Assembly (NCBI RefSeq): GCF_001548275.1
Contig: NZ_AP014945.1
Location: 480,001 to 512,000, forward strand
Direction of reading: 5' to 3'
Length of the DNA stretch: 32,000 bases
Source: Caldimicrobium thiodismutans
GTDB lineage: Bacteria; Desulfobacterota; Thermodesulfobacteria; Thermodesulfobacteriales; Thermodesulfobacteriaceae
Shown: piece by piece, positions 1-7,494 of the stretch
Position numbering within the stretch: the first letter of the stretch is position 1
Layout: each line of letters begins with the position of its first letter
The notes under the pieces: model-generated
Databases searched by the model: none
What the model was told of the DNA's origin: nothing
What the model saw: the letters and a program-made list of their open reading frames with translations, nothing else
Translations under genes and position numbers: made by a program

Positions 1-447
1 CCTTCAAAAGACTGGCTTTATGAACTTGAAAATATTGAGAGGTATTTAGAAAAAGAAAAAAATGATTTTTTTAAATTCAGCCAGTTCTTTAAAAATTTTT
101 CTCTACAGGAGTTGCAGGAAGAATACACCAATCTTTTTATCTCCTCATTCCCCACCCTTCCATGCCCTCCCTATGAGGCCTATTATAGGGAGGGCCTTCT
201 TCTTGGTGAAACCTCTCAAGAGGTTTTAGATTATTATGAAAAAACTGGATTTCAATTTTTCAAAGAAGGCGAGGCCCCTGATCATATTGCTGTGGAACTG
301 GAATTCTGCGCCCTTACCGAGGACCTTACCTTTATTAAAAGGATTAAAAATTGGTTTAACGATCTAAAAGAATGTGTAGAAAAAAGTTCTCAAATTTATA
401 GTAAGATTGTAAAATTTATAAGTGAAGAATTAAAAAAGTGGGAATAA
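1..447 (+). CDS. TorD/DmsD-family redox-enzyme maturation chaperone (5' end outside window)
   Basis: Frame 1 is open from base 1 (PSKDWLYELENIERYLEK...) into listed ORF 112..447. The blocks EEYTNLF, PCPPYEAYY, VLDYYEKTGF and APDHIAVELEF match the conserved blocks of the TorD / nitrate-reductase-delta chaperone family. Confidence 0.75.
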   Translation, partial: PSKDWLYELENIERYLEKEKNDFFKFSQFFKNFSLQELQEEYTNLFISSFPTLPCPPYEAYYREGLLLGETSQEVLDYYEKTGFQFFKEGEAPDHIAVELEFCALTEDLTFIKRIKNWFNDLKECVEKSSQIYSKIVKFISEELKKWE

Positions 448-449
448 AA

Positions 450-1040
450 ATGCCAAAAAAAATTTCCATTTCAGAGGAAGATATTTTATCTGCTATGAAA
501 TCTCTGGGAACATACATTGATATTACTCCCGAAGATTTCAAAAAATTATATGAAATTGTCTGGCAGAAAGTTAAGGAAAAATTTCTGTATGAAACTAAAG
601 CCAAAGATATTATGAATCCCGAAGTTTTATATGTTTTTCCTGAAGATAAACTTGAAGAGGTTATAATCCAGATGGCAGAGAGAGGAGTTTCTGGGGTGCC
701 TGTAGTAGAAAAGGAGAAGGTGATGGGTATTCTTTCGGAGAAGGATATCCTAAAGGGTATAGGGATTAGTAAATCCATAGGACTTTTATCAGCATTGGCT
801 GAATGTCTTAAAAGGAGTGAATGTTTATTAGAAGAAGTTTTAACTAAAAAAGTAAAAGATTTCATGACCTCGCCTGCCATTACTGTTAATCTTAACGATC
901 CTGTAGTCAAAGTAATTGAATTATTCAAGAAAAAAAGGATAAACCGTGTGCCAGTGATTGATAATGAGGGAAAACTTAAAGGTATTATTGCCCGAGGAGA
1001 TATATTTCTTTTGCCCTTTTTTGAAGAGGAACTTTCATGA
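450..1040 (+). CDS. CBS domain-pair protein
   Basis: ORF 438..1040. There are two CBS-like modules (DIMNPEVLYVFPEDKLEEVIIQMAERGVSGVPVV and VKDFMTSPAITVNLNDPVVKVIELFKKKRINRVPVID...GIIARGDI). ATG at 450 (MPKKISIS) is preferred over GTG at 438. The stop overlaps the next start (ATGA). Confidence 0.8.
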   Translation: MPKKISISEEDILSAMKSLGTYIDITPEDFKKLYEIVWQKVKEKFLYETKAKDIMNPEVLYVFPEDKLEEVIIQMAERGVSGVPVVEKEKVMGILSEKDILKGIGISKSIGLLSALAECLKRSECLLEEVLTKKVKDFMTSPAITVNLNDPVVKVIELFKKKRINRVPVIDNEGKLKGIIARGDIFLLPFFEEELS

Positions 1041-1579
1041 CTCTTGGTGAGTATTTTTCTAAAATGAAAGGAGGAGCCAAGTCTCCTCCCAGGGTAAGTC
1101 TTTTAGAGGTCTTCTGGTCCTTTGTGGGAAGTTTTCTTGGGATTGGTCTTGTAGCCTTTATTCACAGTTTTTATGTTGAGCCCCGGGGACTTTTTTTGGT
1201 AATAGCCTCATATGGGGCTTCAGCGGTTTTAATTTATGGAGCACCCCATAGTCCTCTTGCTCAGCCAAGAAATCTTTTAGGAGGACATTTATTATCAGGA
1301 TTTGTGGGCGCATTGATTGCCAAACTTGTCCCGTTTTATTTCCTTGCCTGTGCCTTGAGTGTTTCCCTTGCCATTGTGGTTATGCATCTAACCAAAACCC
1401 TTCACCCTCCAGGAGGAGCAACAGCCCTTTTTGCAGTGATTGGAGGAGAAAAGGTGCAAAGACTCGGCTTAATTTATGCCTTATTCCCTGTTCTAACAGG
1501 AGCTATTCTTATGCTAATAATTGCCCTTCTTGTGAACAATCTTTCTAAGGTAAGAAGATATCCTGAATACTGGTGGTGA
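1037..1579 (+). CDS. HPP family membrane protein
   Basis: 180 aa with four or more hydrophobic segments. It carries the diagnostic HPPGGATAL motif and is translationally coupled to the CBS gene. Confidence 0.85.
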   Translation: MTLGEYFSKMKGGAKSPPRVSLLEVFWSFVGSFLGIGLVAFIHSFYVEPRGLFLVIASYGASAVLIYGAPHSPLAQPRNLLGGHLLSGFVGALIAKLVPFYFLACALSVSLAIVVMHLTKTLHPPGGATALFAVIGGEKVQRLGLIYALFPVLTGAILMLIIALLVNNLSKVRRYPEYWW

Positions 1580-1581
1580 TT

Positions 1582-2016
1582 TTAAGAAGGGCTCCTAAAG
1601 AGAAGGTATATACCAAGAGCGATTAAAAAGGTTCCGATGATTTTGCTTAAGGTTAGAGGTTCTTTCAAGATAAGGATGGCAAGAAAGGTGGCTACAAGGG
1701 GATAAGTTGCGGTAAGAGGAACAATTTGAGAAGCTTGGTGCATCTTAAGAAGGGAAAAGTAAAAATACATTCCAAGAAAGCCTGCGGTTATCCCTGAAAG
1801 GCATAGATAAAATAGATCCCTTTTTTCAAGGATTTTTAAAGCTTGAAAGGAAGAGGTAAAGAGAAGGGCAAGGGTAATTCCAATAAGGGCTGAAAGGGTT
1901 CTAATCCAGAGGCCAATAAGGGGCTCAACTTTTTTTAATCCCACCTTTTCAAGGGTTGGGCTTATGCCCCAGAAAAAGAGGGTAAGAAGCCAAAGTATCA
2001 AAGTCTTTTGATCCAT
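1582..2016 (-). CDS. EamA/DMT-superfamily small membrane transporter (single EamA domain)
   Basis: 144 aa, about five hydrophobic helices. The composition is EamA-like (WGISPTLEKVGLKK..., LKEPLTLSKIIGTFLIALGIYLL). Confidence 0.7.
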   Translation of the reverse strand: MDQKTLILWLLTLFFWGISPTLEKVGLKKVEPLIGLWIRTLSALIGITLALLFTSSFQALKILEKRDLFYLCLSGITAGFLGMYFYFSLLKMHQASQIVPLTATYPLVATFLAILILKEPLTLSKIIGTFLIALGIYLLFRSPS

Positions 2017-2047
2017 GGTTGAATTAATTTAGCATCAGACTTGAAGA

Positions 2048-2367
2048 TTACAAGATAGTGTATGCGTCCGTATCTTTTTAAGACTCAAATCTGCCCCTAC
2101 ATCCAATCCAAGTCAATCATTTTTTGAATAATTTTTATCGAATTTTCATTTCATAGTAAGGGCAAACCTATGTGTTTACCATCTTTTAGCAAACCTATGT
2201 CTTTGCCAGTTGTGTGTTCGTTTAAACTATTAGGCAGATACGCAAGGATTGGGTAGACACTATAGATTTGCCCCTTCTTTAACCTCTCACATCTTACCAC
2301 CCTTCCTTTTTCTTGTAAGGATAAGGTGCTGAACTTATGCAGATCTGAACTTATGCAGTCTTGCAAA
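2048..2367 (-). repeat. Mosaic intergenic repeat, copy A (element reads on the minus strand toward the EamA start)
   Basis: Hand alignment of rc(2294..2322) with 31550..31578 gives 27/29 identical. rc(2348..2367) vs 31502..31521 gives 19/20. rc(2156..2216) aligns with 10251..10304. rc(2058..2086) matches 24/28 plus a 1-nt indel to 31683..31710. It contains an internal direct repeat ctgaacttatgcag at 2329..2342 and 2345..2358. Confidence 0.7.
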
Positions 2368-2379
2368 TAAACTAAATAG

Positions 2380-2400
2380 ATCCGGGCCAGAGGCCCGGTC
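2380..2400 (-). terminator. Putative rho-independent terminator of the 2408..3184 gene
   Basis: GC-rich hairpin with arms ccgggcc (2382..2388) and ggcccgg (2392..2398) and a 3-nt loop, about 10 nt after the stop. On the minus strand it is followed by the T-rich tract tctatttagtttattt. Confidence 0.6.
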
Positions 2401-2407
2401 AAATTCC

Positions 2408-3184
2408 TTATTTTTTCATTTTGGGTGCTTCAGGAATGTTTGATCCGTGACATTCTCCACAATTTTGCTGAGCTGTAATACCAAAGGTTCCAGCTGGGGA
2501 CCATTTTACCCCTTCATGAAATTTTCCATCCTTCCAGGCATTAAGCATCATAGTCAATTGATAGGCAACGCTTGCTGCAACTCTTGCACATCTATCCTTT
2601 CTTTCAGGACTTGCCAGTGCAAACCCCGAGGCCTTCATCCACTTACCAACTGAGATATGACAAAGAGGGGAACCACTCATCGTTTGCACAATGCGTTCTT
2701 TGTTTGCTTTAGGATTTTTAGGTTTGTATGTGGGTAAATCGGTATTACTATACCAGTCTAAAAGATTAGTAGAGATAATGTGTCCTACCTCGGAACCACT
2801 GATTCTTGGACCGCAGATACAGTTGGCAACAACGGCTGCGCCGTTAATTGAGCCACAAAGAGTTCCCCAGCCAGCAAGCCCTCCTTCCTGAATAATAAAG
2901 GCGTCTACTGGAAAGGAAGCATAAGGCTCGCCTATTTTTTCAGCTAATTGAGAAAAAATAGAACTAATTACTGCAGCTCCACAAAAGACCCTATACCATT
3001 CATTGTAAGCAATTTCAGCTGTTTTCTCAGGATCCAGTTTTTCATAAGGCCAGGGCCATTTTTGAGTTTTCATCTTAGCTTCTGCAGAAGTAACCAGATC
3101 AATTTGAAAGGCTTTAGAAAGCAAAAGCCCGGCACTAAAAAGTCCAGACCCAATTAAAAAATCCCTTCTGCTCACATCTCCCAT
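2408..3184 (-). CDS. Tat-exported C_GCAxxG_C_C-type redox protein with C-terminal CxxCH haem motif (split-Soret cytochrome c-like)
   Basis: 258 aa with a twin-arginine signal SRRDFLIGSG. Cysteine blocks are VFCGAAV, LCGSINGAAVVANCICG, SPLCHISVG and DRCARV, with C-terminal NCGECH. A strong SD (aaaggaggtg) precedes the ATG. Confidence 0.8.
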   Translation of the reverse strand: MGDVSRRDFLIGSGLFSAGLLLSKAFQIDLVTSAEAKMKTQKWPWPYEKLDPEKTAEIAYNEWYRVFCGAAVISSIFSQLAEKIGEPYASFPVDAFIIQEGGLAGWGTLCGSINGAAVVANCICGPRISGSEVGHIISTNLLDWYSNTDLPTYKPKNPKANKERIVQTMSGSPLCHISVGKWMKASGFALASPERKDRCARVAASVAYQLTMMLNAWKDGKFHEGVKWSPAGTFGITAQQNCGECHGSNIPEAPKMKK

Positions 3185-3371
3185 ACTAACACCTCCTTTT
3201 AATTTTTAAGGTTATTAAAAGTAAAAATATAAAAATAAAATTGTCAAGAGAAAAAGTATTTAAATTTTTAAATTAATGATTAAATGAATTTTTAAGATTC
3301 TCAATAAGAGAATTATGCAATAAGATTTCTCTTGTTTTTTTTTAATTAAGGGCTATATTTATAAAATACAT

Positions 3372-3445
3372 GCGCCCGTAGCTCAACTGGATAGAGCATT
3401 GGACTACGAATCCAAAGGTTGCAGGTTCGAGTCCTGCCGGGCGCG
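3372..3445 (+). tRNA. tRNA-Arg (anticodon ACG)
   Basis: Folded by hand as a cloverleaf: acceptor gcgcccg/cgggcgc, D stem gctc/gagc, anticodon stem ttgga/tccaa with loop ctACGaa, T arm gcagg-ttcgagt-cctgc, discriminator G. CCA is not encoded. Confidence 0.93.
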
Positions 3446-3589
3446 TGTTTTTTGGTTTTCAAGGCCTGGTTCAGTAAAAAGTGTCAGTGAGCCCTTTTTG
3501 TGCCACTTAAAAATCGGGTGTAATTGTCTTTTTTTGACTTTGATTTCTGGGGGTTGTTTAATTATAAATATGGTATGGGGCTTTTCTGA

Positions 3590-4045
3590 CATTGTGGGGA
3601 GTGCAAAAAACATGTCAAATTTGGGTCTGTTTGTGGATGTGGTAGAAGTGAGGGAAAAGCAAATGGATATCTGGTAAGGGTTAAATTTGAGAATGTAGTA
3701 ATTAGAAAATTTTTTAAAGATTTTGAAGTCGCAAAGGCAGTAGATGTAGAGCTTGAGAGAAGGAAAGAGCTTTCAAAGCTTGCCAGGAAACTGAAAGGTG
3801 TAGATGATGGTTTAGCAAGAGTTCTTGGAGTTGAGGAAGAGGAAAAAGGGAAATGGGTAAAAGTAAAAATCTTCTGGGCTAAGTATTATCAATGGCTTGT
3901 TCTTCATAAAAAGCAATCTACATTGCGAGAAAGACTTTCACGATGGAAAACGGTGATAAAGCCATATTTTGGAGAAAGATTTCTCAGTGAGATAACTCCT
4001 TCTGATGTGGAAAAATTTCAATTCTTGGGATTAAATTTCTTCTAA
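3590..4045 (+). pseudogene. Tyrosine recombinase (phage-type integrase) N-terminal fragment, no start codon, catalytic domain missing
   Basis: Frame 2 is open from 3590 to the stop at 4043..4045 but has no ATG/GTG/TTG. It reads ...KANGYLVRVKFENVVIRKFFKDFEVAKAVDVELERRKEL...WAKYYQWLVLHKKQSTLRERLSRWKTVIKPYFGERFLSEITPSDVEKF. This resembles the arm-binding plus SAM-like core-binding N-terminus of integrases. It ends about 150 aa in, and nothing downstream resembles an R..HxxR..Y catalytic domain. Confidence 0.55.
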
Positions 4046-4309
4046 CAAAGAGTGAATTAGCTTTTGAGAGTGAGCTCAATCAGAATTTTTTATAGTTCCT
4101 ATTTTCAGTTGTCCTTCTCCAAAGCCTGGGTATCTTAAAAAGAACTATGAAGATTCTTATTCTTACAATAATAAATAAAGCCTCTATATTGGCGGAGAAG
4201 TTTTGGGTAAGATGTCTAACTGAATTAATAAAAGCTTAACAAATTTTTAACTTTTATTTAATATACAGGATTTATAATCAAATCATAAAAAAATGAGAAG
4301 AGGCGCAAT

Positions 4310-5863
4310 ATGTTAGGGAGAAGAGATTTTTTAAAACTTTCCTTAGCAAGTTTTATAACCTTAGTTGCTCCTTCAAGGGAAATTTTTGCAAGGGTTAATT
4401 TTTCAGAAGGTTCAGCTACGAAAGGGATTATTTTTTTAGTTGGTGATGGATGGCCTCTTGGAGTAATGAAAGTAATGACAGAATTTATGACTATGAAGTT
4501 TAAAGAAGAAAGCAATCTTTCTATCTTACTTAGAAACTTAAATACCAGAGTTTTACTTCAGAATACCTCTTCATTATCTTCTGTTGTAACAGATTCTGCT
4601 CCTGCTTCAGTTGCTTGGGCTACTGGTTCAAAGACAGTCAATAGATCACTTTCAAGTTTACCTGATGGAAGAAAGCTAACCACAATTTTTGAACTTGCAA
4701 GGCAAAAGGGAATTGCATATGGCTTTGTAACAACAACGAGGGTAACACATGCAACCCCTGCAGCATGGTATAGTCACAATCCAAACAGGGATGATGAGGA
4801 CAATATTGCCCTTGATCTTTTAAATTCAAATGTAATGGTAGCTATGGGTGGAGGAGATAGACATTTTAATGGAACAATTAGAAAAGATAGAAGAGATCTA
4901 TATGGGATGTTCAGAGAAAAAGGATTTAGAGTTGTTAGAACCAGAGAAGAGCTTGTAGCCAGTCTTAATGATGAAAACCCAATTCTTGGTATTTTTGCTT
5001 CCTCACATATGAGTTACTTTGTAGATAGAGTAAATGATAAAAGATTAAGGGAAAGCGAACCATCTCTTCCAGAGATGACTGCAGTTGCACTTCAAAAATT
5101 ATCTAAAAATAAGAAGGGTTTTATTTTACAGATTGAGGCTGGAAGAATTGATCATGCCTGTCATAGCAATGATATGTATGGAGCAATGATGGATTGTTAT
5201 GAATTAGATAAAACTTTAGCTGTTATTTTGGAGTTTATGGAAAAAAATCCCAATGTGCTTTTAATTGTAACATCAGATCATGGAAATTCAGGTTATGGAA
5301 TTAATGGAACAGGGCCTGAATATAATGATTCAACCGAGGCTTTGTTGAGTTATAACAATAAAGCCTCTTTTGAATATATGAAAAGATTAATGAGAGGTCA
5401 GGATGCAAAAAACATAAGAGATATTTTTGAAAATTATACTGGACAGAAAATTTCATTAGAAGAGGCAGAGGAAATCTATAGAAAATTAAATGAAAAGAAA
5501 ACAGTAGTGATTAATGATATTTGGTATGAACCAGATTATACAATGGGAAGAATATTAGCAAAAAGTGTTTATAAATATGAAAATGAGAATCTCTTTAAAC
5601 CAGCTATAGAAAGGAGAGGAAATGTTGGTTTTACATCTACAAATCATACCGCTGAGGATCAGATTGTAATAATTTATGGAGAACAAATTCCTCAAATGAG
5701 AGTAAAAAGTCATATTGATAATACAGAACTTTTCCAAATTATATGTAATTATTTAAGAATTTATCATATAAATCCAAAGATGAAAAAGGAAGAAGCTATA
5801 GCTTTCATAAAATCTATTACAAAAGAAGAATGGAAAAAACATTTAGAGTTACATATTGCCTAA
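4310..5863 (+). CDS. Tat-exported alkaline phosphatase family protein (PhoA-type)
   Basis: 517 aa with twin-arginine signal GRRDFLKLS. The nucleophile block is VVTDSAPASVAWATGSKT. Metal-ligand blocks are AGRIDHACHSND and TSDHGNSG. Confidence 0.88.
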   Translation: MLGRRDFLKLSLASFITLVAPSREIFARVNFSEGSATKGIIFLVGDGWPLGVMKVMTEFMTMKFKEESNLSILLRNLNTRVLLQNTSSLSSVVTDSAPASVAWATGSKTVNRSLSSLPDGRKLTTIFELARQKGIAYGFVTTTRVTHATPAAWYSHNPNRDDEDNIALDLLNSNVMVAMGGGDRHFNGTIRKDRRDLYGMFREKGFRVVRTREELVASLNDENPILGIFASSHMSYFVDRVNDKRLRESEPSLPEMTAVALQKLSKNKKGFILQIEAGRIDHACHSNDMYGAMMDCYELDKTLAVILEFMEKNPNVLLIVTSDHGNSGYGINGTGPEYNDSTEALLSYNNKASFEYMKRLMRGQDAKNIRDIFENYTGQKISLEEAEEIYRKLNEKKTVVINDIWYEPDYTMGRILAKSVYKYENENLFKPAIERRGNVGFTSTNHTAEDQIVIIYGEQIPQMRVKSHIDNTELFQIICNYLRIYHINPKMKKEEAIAFIKSITKEEWKKHLELHIA

Positions 5864-5905
5864 TATTTATAGGTTCTCTGATTTAATATAAAAAAACTAT
5901 TATAA

Positions 5906-5944
5906 AAGCCTTCTTGGTTATTTAAAAAGAAACCAGGGGGGCTT
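5906..5944 (+). terminator. Possible terminator hairpin after the phosphatase gene
   Basis: aagcc-tt-cttggtt [loop atttaaaaaga] aaccagg-ggg-gctt. The stem is imperfect with one G:U pair, and the downstream T tract (tttatttgaatttt) is weak. Confidence 0.35.
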
Positions 5945-6395
5945 AAAGTTTATTTGAATTTTAATTAAAATATAAACTAACTTTCAGAATTATCTTATTA
6001 TCTCAACTTCCTTTTCTTTTGGTGATTTTGACAGTATTTGTGTTTTTTTTTGTATATAAGAATATTCCAAAGGTTATATAAAAATTTTTTTGCAGAAAAG
6101 GTAATGGCTTTATGAAAAAAGTTTTGAGTTTTGTGGAGAGATTTTCTAAATCCTGGGAGGAAGTCGGGAGTGCTTTTAAATAGTTGAAGAATAAAGAGGA
6201 TATGAAGGGGAGGGCAATGGAGGGGAAAGGAAGGACTTTTGGGGAGATAAAGGTTGATACTGAGATTGGGATAGGAGCAATTCTTTGGATTATTGGTTTT
6301 AGAGAAGTTTTAGGTTTAAGCAGGCTTAAGCTTTTTAATAAGGGATTTTAATAAGGACTAATAAGGATATGCGGGTCTTTACTTTTTTAAAAAAT

Positions 6396-6424
6396 TTGTA
6401 AAATTTACATAGTGAGATTATAAG
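6396..6424 (+). promoter_or_regulatory. Sigma70-like promoter candidate for the 6454 gene
   Basis: TTGTAA (6396..6401), 17-nt spacer, TATAAG (6419..6424), about 30 nt upstream of the ATG with SD aaggaggtg. Confidence 0.35.
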
Positions 6425-6453
6425 TTAAAGAATTTTACAGAAGGAGGTGAAGA

Positions 6454-6663
6454 ATGTTTGAATTTTTTTCAGGTTTGTTTGGAATTTTATTTTTTATACT
6501 TTTTATTGTTCCTTTTGTGCTATGGATTTGGGCACTTGTTGATATCCTTAAAAGTGAATTTACAGGATATAACAAAATAATTTGGTTATTGCTTGTAATC
6601 TTCCTTCCCCTTCTTGGCTTAATTTTATATTATTTTATTGGTAGAAAACAAAAGATAAAATGA
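6454..6663 (+). CDS. PLD-nuclease N-terminal domain (PLDc_N) small membrane protein
   Basis: 69 aa with two TM helices. The motif WIWALVDILKSEF...NKIIWLLLVIFLPLLGLILYYFIGRK is typical of the PLDc_N family. Strong SD. Confidence 0.8.
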   Translation: MFEFFSGLFGILFFILFIVPFVLWIWALVDILKSEFTGYNKIIWLLLVIFLPLLGLILYYFIGRKQKIK

Positions 6664-6683
6664 AAATTTCAGGGGGAGGGAAA

Positions 6684-6896
6684 ATGAGGAAGGTTCTTTT
6701 AAGCCTTGTTTTTGTCCTGGTTTTTATAGCTTCTTCTTATGCCCAGTTTTATATTGATTTATGTTATACCTATTTAAACGCAGGGGATTATCAGAGGGCC
6801 ATTGAAGCAGGAAAACAGGCTGTAAAATTAAATCCTAATGATTCAGATTCCTATTATTGTCTAACACTTTTGAGTGATACTTATTTTATAAAGTAG
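6684..6896 (+). CDS. Small secreted TPR-repeat protein (possibly truncated)
   Basis: ATG at 6684 is preceded by gggggaggg. There is a signal peptide MRKVLLSLVFVLVFIASSYA, then a single TPR-like unit (YLNAGDYQRAIEAGKQAVKLNPNDSDSYYCL). Only about 1.5 repeats occur before the stop. Confidence 0.5.
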   Translation: MRKVLLSLVFVLVFIASSYAQFYIDLCYTYLNAGDYQRAIEAGKQAVKLNPNDSDSYYCLTLLSDTYFIK

Positions 6897-6910
6897 TTTA
6901 TAATTCTTGA

Positions 6911-7423
6911 TCAAACTCCTTCAAGGCCCCAGTGCTCTTTAAAAGTATACCAGGAGCTTGGATCCCTCAAAAATTCCATAGTATCAAAAATAGAAAGATA
7001 GTGCCCCCATTCTTCTTGAATTAAGGCTAAAAGGAAACGTTTAACCTTGAGGTCTTTACTTTTATCGGAAAGAGACTGATAATATTGGATAGATTTTTCT
7101 TCAAGTCTTAAAGCTTCTTCTAAAGCAGCAAGATCTGTAACTACAGAAGCTACTTTTTCTATTTCCTTAGGATCAAAAACAGGGCTAATCTGTTTTTGGG
7201 AAATTTTGGTAACATAGGCAGGAATGTTCTTTTTTGCTTGAAAGGTTTGATAAATTTCTCTTATTTTTATACGATGAAACTCTTCAGCCTCCGCTAACTG
7301 TTTAAATAAATCTTTAACAGATGGAATATGGGCTTTTTCCGATGCATCAAGATAAAATTCTTTACCCTGTATTTCCAGTTCTTCTGCTTTTAGAAAGGCC
7401 TCTAATAAATTTTTTTCAGCCAT
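6911..7423 (-). CDS. Ferritin-like / rubrerythrin-family diiron four-helix-bundle protein
   Basis: 170 aa with two pseudo-repeats, each carrying E...ExxH ligand patterns (EELEIQGKEFY ... AEAEEFH; ALRLEEKSIQYY ... IQEEWGH). SD gagggggg precedes the ATG. Confidence 0.8.
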   Translation of the reverse strand: MAEKNLLEAFLKAEELEIQGKEFYLDASEKAHIPSVKDLFKQLAEAEEFHRIKIREIYQTFQAKKNIPAYVTKISQKQISPVFDPKEIEKVASVVTDLAALEEALRLEEKSIQYYQSLSDKSKDLKVKRFLLALIQEEWGHYLSIFDTMEFLRDPSSWYTFKEHWGLEGV

Positions 7424-7494
7424 AAATTACCCCCCTCAAAAATTTTTTTATAATTATTATTTTAATCATTAACCTTATAATGGCAATGCTTTTT

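Noticed and set aside
416-928. 170-aa antisense ORF opposite the CBS-domain gene
   Set aside because: The sense strand has clear CBS-domain homology, while the antisense translation is serine/isoleucine-rich with no recognisable motif or SD. The same reasoning applies to other antisense or alternate-frame ORFs in the track (2447..2653, 2691..2891, 2948..3157, 4258..4515, 4638..4829, 5555..5737, 8852..9220, 10811..11044, 11504..11689, 11942..12166, 12688..12897, 13068..13376, 13087..13329, 13947..14177, 14866..15114, 15017..15286, 16710..16892, 16893..17159, 18652..18846, 18969..19163, 21041..21256, 21389..21640, 22011..22223, 22553..22747, 22672..22923, 23340..23576, 23753..23950, 23872..24084, 30826..31206).
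2151-2402. 83-aa ORF on the minus strand (MTGPLARIYLVYLQ...GKHIGLPLL)
   Set aside because: It lies entirely inside repeat copy A. Its similarity to ORFs in copy B (GKHIGLPL) comes from a shared DNA hairpin. Indels between the copies break the reading frame, and there is no SD.
3399-3677. ORFs 3399..3677 (+) and 3404..3613 (-)
   Set aside because: They overlap the tRNA-Arg gene and its downstream spacer. The translations read through tRNA stems (for example GCRFESCRA), so they are artefactual.
4147-4239. 30-aa ORF MKILILTIINKASILAEKFWVRCLTELIKA
   Set aside because: It is too short and lacks an SD. It may be a remnant of an island gene, but the sequence alone gives no support.
5860-6460. attR-like direct repeat of the tRNA-Arg 3' end marking the island boundary
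   Set aside because: Visual search found no convincing copy of ttcgagtcctgccgggcgc. The boundary therefore remains undefined and is not reported as a feature.
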